Shown here in pieces: positions 28,083-36,653 of a stretch of 64,000 nucleotides of DNA; the first letter of the stretch is position 1, and each line of letters begins with the position of its first letter. Origin of the DNA: an uncultured Alphaproteobacteria bacterium (GTDB lineage Bacteria > Pseudomonadota > Alphaproteobacteria > CAAHEQ01 > UBA3637); contig CAKQBW010000003.1 in assembly GCA_934216505.1 (NCBI GenBank), positions 7,084 to 71,083 on the forward strand. The letters are read 5' to 3'. Under the pieces are notes generated by a model, which made no database searches, was not told the DNA's origin, and saw only the letters and a list, made by a program, of their open reading frames with translations. The position numbers were made by a program, and so were the translations under genes.

Positions 28083-28224
28083 TTTTACCTCCTGACCCTT
28101 CCGAATAAAGAGGACGATAAAAAGAGGGGGAGAATCCTTTTAACTTGTTGCATGTTGAGGAGTATTATTTTGAACAAGCCTTCTTATCGTCCAAGAATAA
28201 GAATATCACGAAAATTGTTTTTTG

Positions 28225-29574
28225 TCAAGAGTTTTTAAATTCAATTCGTAAAGCCCGTAAAATATCATGAATTGGCACATAAAATGAAAAATTGGTTTCA
28301 TCAAGATTGCGTCCGTCTTGCACTCCCAAAACACGACCATAATTGTCCAACAAAGGTGCCCCCGCATATCCCCCTGTTGTGGGCAAAGTAGCCTGAATAA
28401 AGCGTTGGTCTTTCTGAGATTTAAAACGACTGGAACTAATGATTCCCCGTCCCAAAGTATTACGAGCATAAAAATCCGAGGGATTCCCTATGGTAAAGAC
28501 TTCCGTCAATTCCTTTAGCAGAGCTTCAGGTGCCACTGATAAAGCCGCATGGTTGGATAAATCCACCTTTAAGAAGGCTACCCCTAACCGTGTATTTTTG
28601 CGTAAAACAGTGGCCGTCAAACGCGTCCCTTGATTGTCTGTAAGCGCCACCTTTTGAGCATTTCCCACATTTTTCAACGCCGTCAAAATATATCCATCAG
28701 GTGAAATGAAAAAGCCCGTTCCTTTCTTTTCATCAATAGCCACCACGGCCCGCTTTAATAAAAACGAGGACTCATAAATCGGCTTTAAGTTTTTGCCAAA
28801 AGGAGCTTTTATCGTTAAAGGTTTTTGATTTTTCTCTTTTTCCACCAACGAACGAATATCTACCTTGGCCCCCACAATCTCTTGAAAGGTTTTTTGATGG
28901 GCTAATTGACGGGTGGCGTCTTCCAAAGCTCGCAGCAACACAAAAGTATTGCCATTTTCCGTTGGTTTTTCAACCACACCCAATCCTTGTGTGGTTAAAC
29001 GGGCGATGACACGGTCTTGTAATTTATCAAAAATTTCCCACTCCACCTGAATCGTTGCATTCCCCGCCGAAAGATTCGTTTCACGAAAATAAAGGAAATT
29101 CAACACATGACAGATATTAGATTGAATTTCAACAATATGCGCTGAAAGCAAAATTTCGGCCCGTTTCTTTTCCCAGGCTTGATGAAAAGAAGAATGTTTT
29201 GCCCCTGCGATATCATAGCCCGCCTCTATCAAAGGTCTTTCTACAAAGTCCGCTGTTTCACTTTCCCAATCCCCAAAATCCTTTGACCCTGTCGCCCATT
29301 GGGACACAGACGCACTAAAACGATTTTTTAAAGAAGCATTACAAGTATCCGCCCAACTTAAATGAACATTATCAAAACTCCACCGCCAATAAGGATAGGC
29401 CACATAATCTGTGCCCCGCTTTAAATCAATAAACGCCGAATCAAACCCCACAGGCCGTAAATTTGTCTTTCCCTTTAAATCTTCGGGAACTTCAAATTCA
29501 GGAATCACCGCCAAAGGCATCGCCCTTTGACAACCCGACAAAATCAACAACAAAAATACCCAAACAAAACGCAT
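28225..29574 (-). CDS. Lipoprotein with a C-terminal trypsin-like (S1C/Trypsin_2) fold lacking the catalytic triad
   Basis: Lipobox LSGC. GTGFFISPDGYILTALKNV, LGVAFLKV and GGYAGAPLLDNYGRVLGV align with GSGF..DG.ILTN.HV, DLA.LKV and GNSGGPL.. of that fold. His, Asp and Ser are replaced by Lys, Gly and Ala. Confidence 0.65.
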   Translation of the reverse strand: MRFVWVFLLLILSGCQRAMPLAVIPEFEVPEDLKGKTNLRPVGFDSAFIDLKRGTDYVAYPYWRWSFDNVHLSWADTCNASLKNRFSASVSQWATGSKDFGDWESETADFVERPLIEAGYDIAGAKHSSFHQAWEKKRAEILLSAHIVEIQSNICHVLNFLYFRETNLSAGNATIQVEWEIFDKLQDRVIARLTTQGLGVVEKPTENGNTFVLLRALEDATRQLAHQKTFQEIVGAKVDIRSLVEKEKNQKPLTIKAPFGKNLKPIYESSFLLKRAVVAIDEKKGTGFFISPDGYILTALKNVGNAQKVALTDNQGTRLTATVLRKNTRLGVAFLKVDLSNHAALSVAPEALLKELTEVFTIGNPSDFYARNTLGRGIISSSRFKSQKDQRFIQATLPTTGGYAGAPLLDNYGRVLGVQDGRNLDETNFSFYVPIHDILRALRIEFKNS

Positions 29575-29626
29575 TGGATTTCACGCCTTCTTTCCGGGAA
29601 AAGTATATACGATTTTATGTCAAAAA

Positions 29627-30424
29627 TCAATCTTTTAATTCTAAACCTATCGGCGCATGATCTGAGGTCTTTTCCCATCCCCGCACCTCTTTATAGATTT
29701 TTGCGGCCGCCACTTGTTCAACCAATGCTGGGCTCACAAAAAAGAAATCCAATAAAATCCCCAAATTACGGGGCCACGCCCCCATTTGAAAATCCCAAAA
29801 AGTATATGTTTTTTCGGCGGGATAAAACAAGCGAATCATATTTTGCAGCCCTACCTGATTTAACCGTTCAAACGCTTGCCGCACTTCGGGCAACATCAAG
29901 GCACTGACCAAAAAGGCCTGAGGATTATAGACATCTGAATTTCGTTCTATCACATTAAAATCGCCCCCCAATAAAATGTTTTCCCCTTGATTTTTCAAGT
30001 GTTGTAGATGGTGCGTCAAAGCATCCAACCATTTGATTTTAAAGGTCAAACGTGATGTATCTGTGGGATCATTCATCGGGGCCGTTCCATTGGGAACATA
30101 TACACAAATCGCCTGCGTTCCTTGGGGTAAGCGAGCCTGAATGAAGCGGGCTTGAAAGGGCTCACTTTGGGGCGCATTCGGCAACGAACAACTGACTTCT
30201 GTCAAAGGCTTCTTACTTAAAATGGCCACGCCATTATAACTTTTTTGACCACAAATATAACTTTGGTAGCCCAAAGATTGAAAAAAAAGGGAGGGAAAAT
30301 TTTCTTCTGTGGCTTTTATTTCCTGTAAAAATACCACCTCAGGGTCTTCTTGTTTTAAAAGTTTTTCCAACGCCCCTAACCGAGAACGAACAGACGCCAC
30401 ATTCCATGAAATTATTCTTTGCAT
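29627..30424 (-). CDS. xth: Exodeoxyribonuclease III
   Basis: ISWNV, FLQE.K, GDFN and SDHAP motifs. Confidence 0.9.
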   Translation of the reverse strand: MQRIISWNVASVRSRLGALEKLLKQEDPEVVFLQEIKATEENFPSLFFQSLGYQSYICGQKSYNGVAILSKKPLTEVSCSLPNAPQSEPFQARFIQARLPQGTQAICVYVPNGTAPMNDPTDTSRLTFKIKWLDALTHHLQHLKNQGENILLGGDFNVIERNSDVYNPQAFLVSALMLPEVRQAFERLNQVGLQNMIRLFYPAEKTYTFWDFQMGAWPRNLGILLDFFFVSPALVEQVAAAKIYKEVRGWEKTSDHAPIGLELKD

Positions 30425-30453
30425 TTTTTTTCCCTTTGTGCTAGCATACGATT

Positions 30454-31113
30454 ATGAAAAATAAAAAAATATTCTTTTTCGCTTTATTATCCCTTGTTTT
30501 CAGCCAAAAAGCAAGTGCTTTTTGTGAGTCGATGGCCACGCGGGTTTATATTGATATGATGCCTGGAAATCCCACCTATATTACCACGCGTTCTCGTCAA
30601 GATTTTATGGCGTCCTCCACTCAAAAAATTTCACCCAACACTTTGGGATTGACGGTGGCTAAATTGACGATCCAAGGACGGCCCGATCCTATTATAGATG
30701 TCGTTTCCGAAAATGGCTTTATGTGTGCGGGGTTGAAAACGATTCGTTTTAAAATGGGGTATGATACTGGGGCGATTCAAGTTTTTATTGATAAAAAATA
30801 TCCCCGTCATTCTTGCGAATATGAAGTCATTAAAAAACATGAAAATTATCATGTTCAAGTCGCTCAACAAGCCATGAAGTTTTTTAAGCCTGATGTGGAA
30901 AAAAGGATTTACGATAGTATTGCCCAGTTGCGCCCCAAAAAAGTAGCCACGGTGGAGGAATATCAACAAGAAATAGAGCGGCAATATCAAAAAATTATTC
31001 AGGATTTAAAGCCCTTAATTCAACATATCAATGAAGTTATTGCCGAAAAAAACTATGAAATAGATACTCCTGAATCCTATCGAGCCACTACCGAATTGTG
31101 TCAAAATTGGTAA
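30454..31113 (+). CDS. Secreted protein with an HExxH motif (DUF922 / predicted Zn-protease-like)
   Basis: Signal peptide ...SQKASA, then HENYH within EYEVIKKHENYHVQV. Confidence 0.45.
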   Translation: MKNKKIFFFALLSLVFSQKASAFCESMATRVYIDMMPGNPTYITTRSRQDFMASSTQKISPNTLGLTVAKLTIQGRPDPIIDVVSENGFMCAGLKTIRFKMGYDTGAIQVFIDKKYPRHSCEYEVIKKHENYHVQVAQQAMKFFKPDVEKRIYDSIAQLRPKKVATVEEYQQEIERQYQKIIQDLKPLIQHINEVIAEKNYEIDTPESYRATTELCQNW

Positions 31114-32082
31114 TCAAAACCACTTCATTTTCTTAATAAAAATAACTTGAAAAACCACTATACAAATCAAGATGATACAGATAACCCCAAACCCCGCCGG
31201 ATCATCATTAAAGGGAATTCCCCCAATATTCGCCCCCAACAAACCCGTAATAAAACTTAAAGGGGTAAAAATAACCATAATCAAACTCATCAAATACATT
31301 GTTCGACTGATGTTGATATTTGTCTTGGAATCCAATTCTTCTTGAGTAACTTTAGAATGATCTCTGGCAAATTCTAACCCCTCCACAATCGTGATTAAAT
31401 CACGCAACATTTCCCCAAAAACAGTCCTGTTGGCCTTAGAAAAAAAAGGCAACGAAGTTTGGGCCAAAGTTTTCATCATCTCTCGTTGGGGTAAAATATA
31501 CCGTCTGAGCCCCACAATCACATGGCGAATATGGCTGATATCCGAACGCAAGGCACGATCCTGATGAATGGCTTTTTCCTCTATAACAGCTTCCTCTAGT
31601 TCATCTACCTTATCATCAATAAGGGCCAAAGATTCTTCCATTTGATGCACCATAGAGGCACATAATTGTGTCAAACAATCCCCAATCGTTCTAGGCCCTT
31701 TTCTTTGTTGAAAACTATCCAGTATCTGGTCAATCGCCGAAATAGACCGATGCGAAACGGTCAATAACCGGTTTTTGGTCATCCACACATGAAGGGCCAC
31801 CATATCATCGTCTTTTTGCCGATTGGGACAAACACCCCGCATTACCATCACCAACCCTTTTTCATGGACAAAACAACGCGGCGAGGTATCTGCATCCAGC
31901 AGATTTTCCAAAACAGTCGCATCTAAATTCAATGAACGCAACCATTTGAGTTTATTGACATCTTTGTAATCTATATGAATCCATATAGGGCGGGATAATT
32001 CTTGGGATACTTGACGCAAAGAAACAGAAGTCGCTGCGCCCTTTTTATCCAAGACCTTACAAAATTGCGGTGTATTCATCAA
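31114..32082 (-). CDS. CorA/ZntB-family divalent cation channel
   Basis: Two C-terminal TM segments flank FITGLLGANIGGIP, which occupies the GxN motif position. The N-terminus is a cytoplasmic domain. Confidence 0.75.
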   Translation of the reverse strand: MMNTPQFCKVLDKKGAATSVSLRQVSQELSRPIWIHIDYKDVNKLKWLRSLNLDATVLENLLDADTSPRCFVHEKGLVMVMRGVCPNRQKDDDMVALHVWMTKNRLLTVSHRSISAIDQILDSFQQRKGPRTIGDCLTQLCASMVHQMEESLALIDDKVDELEEAVIEEKAIHQDRALRSDISHIRHVIVGLRRYILPQREMMKTLAQTSLPFFSKANRTVFGEMLRDLITIVEGLEFARDHSKVTQEELDSKTNINISRTMYLMSLIMVIFTPLSFITGLLGANIGGIPFNDDPAGFGVICIILICIVVFQVIFIKKMKWF

Positions 32083-32109
32083 AGCACCCTCCCCCCCTGT
32101 TCAAGGACT

Positions 32110-32700
32110 TTATTCAATACAACAATCTACCGCCTTACGCACTACGGCTTTCAACTTTCCCAAAACACCCGTTGCCACAGGGGCGGAAACAACTGCATTT
32201 TTCTTTTTGGCGGGCATTTCTTTATGAGTCAAAGAGGCCACCTCTTTTTGAACTTCCTCTAAGGAATCTACTTTCCATGAAATGTCTTTGGCATCCACCA
32301 AATTCATGTTCAAGCCCCAAAATAAACAATATAAATCATACGCTTGATTAAATAATTCATAGGCCTTTTCTTTATGCCCCATGGATTGTTGCTTGGTCCC
32401 CACTTCCATCAAACGCATGCTAGCCGATAATAAATGTTTGGAAATACACCACACTTCCCCTTCATAACTGGGAATAATTTGAAGCATCAAATTCTTGCGC
32501 AATTCACGCACCTCCTGCACCAAATCATAAAAACTGTTCTTTCCCGTTTTTGCCCCAGAAAAAACCAAATGTTCCTCTATGGAAATTAAATTCATAATCG
32601 CTATTGTTAAATCTTGGTCCGAAGACAAATCTTTGGGATTCTTCTTCTTTGTCGCGTCAATGCGTTCCACAAATTCTTTGACTGATGCTACTTTTTTCAT
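32110..32700 (-). CDS. Hypothetical soluble helical protein ending in DCCIE
   Basis: Intact 196-aa ORF immediately downstream of the 32710-33246 membrane protein. No family recognised. Confidence 0.4.
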   Translation of the reverse strand: MKKVASVKEFVERIDATKKKNPKDLSSDQDLTIAIMNLISIEEHLVFSGAKTGKNSFYDLVQEVRELRKNLMLQIIPSYEGEVWCISKHLLSASMRLMEVGTKQQSMGHKEKAYELFNQAYDLYCLFWGLNMNLVDAKDISWKVDSLEEVQKEVASLTHKEMPAKKKNAVVSAPVATGVLGKLKAVVRKAVDCCIE

Positions 32701-32709
32701 GTTCTCCTC

Positions 32710-33246
32710 CTAATTTAAAATAAGTACTTCTTTGCATTCGCACAAACTACCGCCCCAGAAAATGCAACAAACCAAGGCGTCTAATAACAAAGGCACCACC
32801 ACTTTTTCAAAAGGAAAGTGCGCATGCCCGCCGTTTTTTTCCTTAAGCCACGCATACAAATGCACCCCTGAAATATGTGCTACCGCCCCACAAATGGCCG
32901 CCATTAAAAAAGAATCCACATAAACAAAATTCCAATGCAAACGGGGTTTATATTCCAAATCCTTTAAATAGACAAACCCAATAGAGGAAATGGCAATCAA
33001 CATTAAAATTTTATCCCGCATCCAAAAATGCCAATTTCTTTTATCAAAAAACTTCATCAGGATATAGCCCACAATACTCATCAAAGCCCCCGATAAAACC
33101 CCAATAACTTCTATTTTCACTCCCATTTTATCGGCCACCACCAACAACAGACCAATCGCCGCAGGACAAATTGCTGTACAGGCTTGGGCAAAAACACGGT
33201 TGGCCAGCAACAAAGAAAACGCAAAAACAAATAATTTTTTCATCAA
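32710..33246 (-). CDS. Hypothetical membrane protein with terminal Cys motifs
   Basis: Signal or TM segment, then CTAIC near the N-terminus. Four or five TM segments. The C-terminus is LVCCIFWGGSLCEC. Confidence 0.45.
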   Translation of the reverse strand: MMKKLFVFAFSLLLANRVFAQACTAICPAAIGLLLVVADKMGVKIEVIGVLSGALMSIVGYILMKFFDKRNWHFWMRDKILMLIAISSIGFVYLKDLEYKPRLHWNFVYVDSFLMAAICGAVAHISGVHLYAWLKEKNGGHAHFPFEKVVVPLLLDALVCCIFWGGSLCECKEVLILN

Positions 33247-33303
33247 TAACTCCTTATTTTGGGATTCTTTGTAGCATATTTTTTTATACTTTTCAACCTT
33301 TTT

Positions 33304-33939
33304 TTATTGACTCACCCAAATCACCCGTGCCACCCATGACACCTCCGACATTTTCAATACCACATCTTCACATTTGGGGTTCAAACTTTTTAATTCCAAT
33401 AAACACGCCGATTTATGAATCAATTCCTTGACCATAATTTCACCTTTGACAGTACGTACTACCACCCGATCAAACTTACGAATTTCCGCATCAGGGGCCA
33501 CAATCAATTTATTCCCGTCCCGATAAACAGGTTCCATACTTTCGCCCGATACCTCCAGCGCATAGACCCGTTGATTTAAGGCAAACGGAAATTCCACAGC
33601 GTCCCAATCGTCTGATAGAATAGGCCCCCCTTGAGCATCAAAATATCCGTCCCGTCCCGCTTTGGCCAACCCCATCAAAGGAATCATATTTTTGGGGGCT
33701 GGACACGGCTGGCCCGCCAACGCCATGAATTCAAAGACAGTGGTATTTGTCGCCTGTAAAACCTTATTCATACTTTCCGTGGAAGGCCATCTTTTCCGCC
33801 CATCGGCCCCAATGCGTTTTGATTTATTAAAACTGGTGGGATCTAACCCCGCTTTCATCGCCAATGCCGACAAAGAAAGCCCCTTAAATTCGGCTAATTT
33901 CTCAATCCCCGTCCAGATTTCATTGTAAGAGAGTTGCAT
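33304..33939 (-). CDS. CI/LexA-like repressor (XRE HTH + S24 peptidase domain)
   Basis: HTH GLSLSALAMKAGLDPTSFNKSKR. The S24 catalytic context is VSGESMEP, with a downstream Lys (KGEIMVKEL). It is divergent from the phage genes, and I chose the ATG at 33939. Confidence 0.8.
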   Translation of the reverse strand: MQLSYNEIWTGIEKLAEFKGLSLSALAMKAGLDPTSFNKSKRIGADGRKRWPSTESMNKVLQATNTTVFEFMALAGQPCPAPKNMIPLMGLAKAGRDGYFDAQGGPILSDDWDAVEFPFALNQRVYALEVSGESMEPVYRDGNKLIVAPDAEIRKFDRVVVRTVKGEIMVKELIHKSACLLELKSLNPKCEDVVLKMSEVSWVARVIWVSQ

Positions 33940-34099
33940 TTTTAATTTTTCCTTTCTTTCTCTTTTTAGTTGTATTTTCTTTTTACTCTTTTTTAGAGAG
34001 AATGTCAATAGGATTTTTTTCTTATTTTTGTCTTGACATTCCTAAAAAAATATGTTAGTTCTTGTTTTGTTCTTATTTTAACAAAGGGAGGAAACAAAA

Positions 34100-34471
34100 A
34101 TGAAGAACTTTTACAAATCAACAATAGATACACGCACCACAACGCCTTTTACTTCTTCTGAAGAAGCCTGGTTTTGGTATTGTCTTTGTGAAAAATTAGG
34201 CTTTCAAAGAGCCCGCTCTGGTGATTCGCGCGTTGCCCGTCCCTGTGAATCATCCGATATTGCGCTATCGGTCAAAAAACTATTCCGACAAGGTCTTTTA
34301 AAACCAGAACACATCAAAGTTTTATCTAAGTATGGCTTTGAACAAGTCCCACCCCACCCCCATTTCGGCGACACCCCACGCATCTGTCAAATTTGGAAAG
34401 AAGCCTTGCAATTTTTAGAATCTCTTTTGCGCCAAAAAGGAATCGTTTATAGTTTGTTGGGTGCCCTATGA
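34100..34471 (+). CDS. Phage early protein, function unknown (possible small DNA-binding regulator)
   Basis: GGAGG Shine-Dalgarno sequence; 123 aa. The C-terminal LKPEHIKVLSKYG weakly resembles a sigma region-4/LuxR-type HTH. I could not verify this. Confidence 0.4.
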   Translation: MKNFYKSTIDTRTTTPFTSSEEAWFWYCLCEKLGFQRARSGDSRVARPCESSDIALSVKKLFRQGLLKPEHIKVLSKYGFEQVPPHPHFGDTPRICQIWKEALQFLESLLRQKGIVYSLLGAL

Positions 34472-34869
34472 TTACAACAATTTATCCCTGTGCCTATCGG
34501 TATCCTTTTGCCTATGTTGGATTTGGGGGAAATCGGACCCGTTGGTGGACAAAATTTTTAAAAAAAGGCTTTTATCATTGTTTATTGATTTTGGGAAATG
34601 GACACGAATGGGTCTTGATTGATCCCGTCGCCCATTACACCGATTTAATGGTGATAAAAAAAACAAAGGTGTTGGCTTTTTTCCAAGAAAAAGGGTACCG
34701 ATTTATTCGCACGACCCCCCAGATTCCCACAAAAGTTATTTTGCACTTGCGCCCTTTGACTTGCGTTGAGGTGGTGAAACGCTTTTTGGGGATTACCCAC
34801 CCGTTGATTTGGACCCCTTTTCAACTTTATTTACACCTTAAATCCCCAAAAAAGGAAAATTTTCCTTGA
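34468..34869 (+). CDS. Phage early protein, function unknown
   Basis: 133 aa. The start overlaps the previous stop (ATGA). No family recognised. Confidence 0.4.
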   Translation: MITTIYPCAYRYPFAYVGFGGNRTRWWTKFLKKGFYHCLLILGNGHEWVLIDPVAHYTDLMVIKKTKVLAFFQEKGYRFIRTTPQIPTKVILHLRPLTCVEVVKRFLGITHPLIWTPFQLYLHLKSPKKENFP

Positions 34870-34894
34870 CAAATGAAAAATTTTGTGTTATAAT
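34866..34894 (+). promoter_or_regulatory. Consensus sigma70 promoter with extended -10 (late-operon promoter)
   Basis: TTGACA (34866-34871), a 17-nt spacer ending in TGT, then TATAAT (34889-34894). Confidence 0.75.
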
Positions 34895-34925
34895 GCAATT
34901 CAGTTAAACGCTCATAGTGTGTCTA

Positions 34926-34960
34926 AAGGCTTTCTGATGAATTTCAGGAAGCCTTTTTTT
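34926..34960 (+). terminator. Leader intrinsic terminator between the late promoter and the portal gene
   Basis: AAGGCTT (34926-34932) pairs with AAGCCTT (34949-34955), with inner CTGA/TCAG pairing. The T-run extends to 34960, and the portal ATG is at 34994. Confidence 0.65.
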
Positions 34961-34993
34961 CAATTTAAAGTTGTATCAAAAAAAGGAGAAAAA

Positions 34994-36448
34994 ATGCCCG
35001 ACATCCCTACACTTTATCAAGACTATAAAAAAGCCTGTGCCCTACGCAGCCATTGGGAAAGCACTTGGCAAGAATGCTATGCCTATGCCTTGCCCCAACG
35101 GGAAACTGTTTTTCAACCCAGTGCCAGCAAAATTCCCACCCTGTACGATGCGACCGCTATGGACGCCACGGACCAACTGGGGGCGTTAATGCTTTCCGAA
35201 TTGACACCCCCTTGGTTGGAATGGTTTCATTTAACCGCAGGTAGCCAACTTTCCGAAGAAGAAAAAGTCAAAATCGCCCCAGTGATGAATCAAATTTCTA
35301 TGGCGTTAAAAAACAATTTAGACCGTTCTAATTTTGCCAGCGAAATTCATCAATGTTATTTGGATTTAATTACTTTGGGGACAGCGTGTTTATTGTTTGA
35401 AGAAGCCCCTGTGGGTAGTTCTTCTTGTTTTCGTTTTACCGCTTTACCCTTGAATGAAGTGTGTTTAGGCGAAGGCCCCTGTGGTAAATTGGATAAAGTG
35501 TTCCGTTGTTTTACCATGGACGAAGCCACTTTTATCGCCCGTTATGGATTGGACAAATTGCCCCCTCAACAAAACGATAAAAAGCAGCCCCTCCGCCTGA
35601 TAGAAGCCCTGATTCCCCGCCTGAAAGGGGGATATGATTCTTACACCTTTTTACACCCAGATGACCAGCCTCTCTCAGCAACAAAGGAGTCCCCTTTCCT
35701 CCTGAAACAGGCGTATTACAGCACCTCGCCGTTTGTTGCTTTCCGCTGGTTGAAAGCCCCGGGGGAAGTCTATGGCCGTTCCCCTGTCATGAAGGCGTTG
35801 CCTGATATTAAGACCGCCAATAAAGTTGTGGAATTGATTTTGAAAAACGCCACAATTTCCGTGACAGGTATTTGGTTAGCCGAAGACGATGGTGTGCTCA
35901 ACCCCGCCACCATCAACTTGACCCCGGGTGCCATTATTCCCAAAGCCGTTGGGTCTAAAGGACTCACTCCCTTGGAGGCCCCAGGTAAATTTGATGTGTC
36001 CCAGCTAGTCATTAAAGACTTACGGGAACACATTCGCCATGCACTTTTGGGCGATAAATTAGGGACCGTTTGCGATAATGCCAAAATGACCGCCACCGAA
36101 GTTTTAGAGCGCAGTGAAGAAATGATCCGTATCTTAGGGGCGACTTATGGCCGATTGCAATCTGAATTGCTGACCCCTTTAATCAACCGTGCCCTAGCCC
36201 TTTTACGCAAGCGGGGAGAAATTCCTGAAATCTTTTTGGACGGACAAATTTTAACGGTTTCCTATAAATCGCCCCGAGCCGAAATTCAAGCCCGCAAGCA
36301 AGCGCAAGATGCCCTCAGTTGGTTAAACGCCATCAAGGGCTTAGGCGAAAATGCACTCACCCAACTGGATACCGCCAAAATCATGCGATGGATTGGGGAA
36401 AAATTGGCTCTGCCCGCTGACTTTATCAAAGAAAGTGTTGTCCCATGA
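34994..36448 (+). CDS. Portal (head-to-tail connector) protein, podovirus type
   Basis: N-terminus LYQDYKKACALRSHWESTWQECYAYALPQRE, about 484 aa, first gene of the structural block. The ATG at 34994 has an AAGGAGA Shine-Dalgarno sequence. Confidence 0.7.
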   Translation: MPDIPTLYQDYKKACALRSHWESTWQECYAYALPQRETVFQPSASKIPTLYDATAMDATDQLGALMLSELTPPWLEWFHLTAGSQLSEEEKVKIAPVMNQISMALKNNLDRSNFASEIHQCYLDLITLGTACLLFEEAPVGSSSCFRFTALPLNEVCLGEGPCGKLDKVFRCFTMDEATFIARYGLDKLPPQQNDKKQPLRLIEALIPRLKGGYDSYTFLHPDDQPLSATKESPFLLKQAYYSTSPFVAFRWLKAPGEVYGRSPVMKALPDIKTANKVVELILKNATISVTGIWLAEDDGVLNPATINLTPGAIIPKAVGSKGLTPLEAPGKFDVSQLVIKDLREHIRHALLGDKLGTVCDNAKMTATEVLERSEEMIRILGATYGRLQSELLTPLINRALALLRKRGEIPEIFLDGQILTVSYKSPRAEIQARKQAQDALSWLNAIKGLGENALTQLDTAKIMRWIGEKLALPADFIKESVVP

Positions 36449-36642
36449 AAGAAGTCATTTACGCCCTGATTCGTTTAAGCACGACAGTTGATGGTAAAAC
36501 GGTTTTAAATTATTTGCGGCGCAAGGTTTATGGACGCATTTTATCGCCCGAAGCCAGCACCCAAGAACTGTGGTATTTGGAAGGCCAACGCGCCTTTATT
36601 GCCACAATGGATAAAATGATTGAACAAGGAAAAACTTTATAA
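36445..36642 (+). CDS. Small phage protein, function unknown
   Basis: 65 aa. The start overlaps the portal stop (ATGA). Confidence 0.4.
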   Translation: MKEVIYALIRLSTTVDGKTVLNYLRRKVYGRILSPEASTQELWYLEGQRAFIATMDKMIEQGKTL

Positions 36643-36653
36643 GGAGAAATTCT

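Noticed and set aside
28206-28469. 87-aa ORF overlapping the 3' end of the pseudoprotease gene on the same strand, and the many 60-130-aa ORFs antisense to or nested in long genes (e.g. 140-412, 201-518, 528-887, 979-1277, 35770-36096, 41562-41903, 43819-44109, 44416-44673, 61632-62330)
   Set aside because: They lie inside longer ORFs with clear homology or motifs. They lack Shine-Dalgarno sequences and have low-complexity or biased compositions typical of shadow frames.
34971-35244. Two 60-70-aa ORFs overlapping the 5' end of the portal gene in other frames
   Set aside because: They are out of frame with a long ORF carrying a portal-like N-terminus. Their Pro/Cys/Lys-rich translations are typical of off-frame reading.
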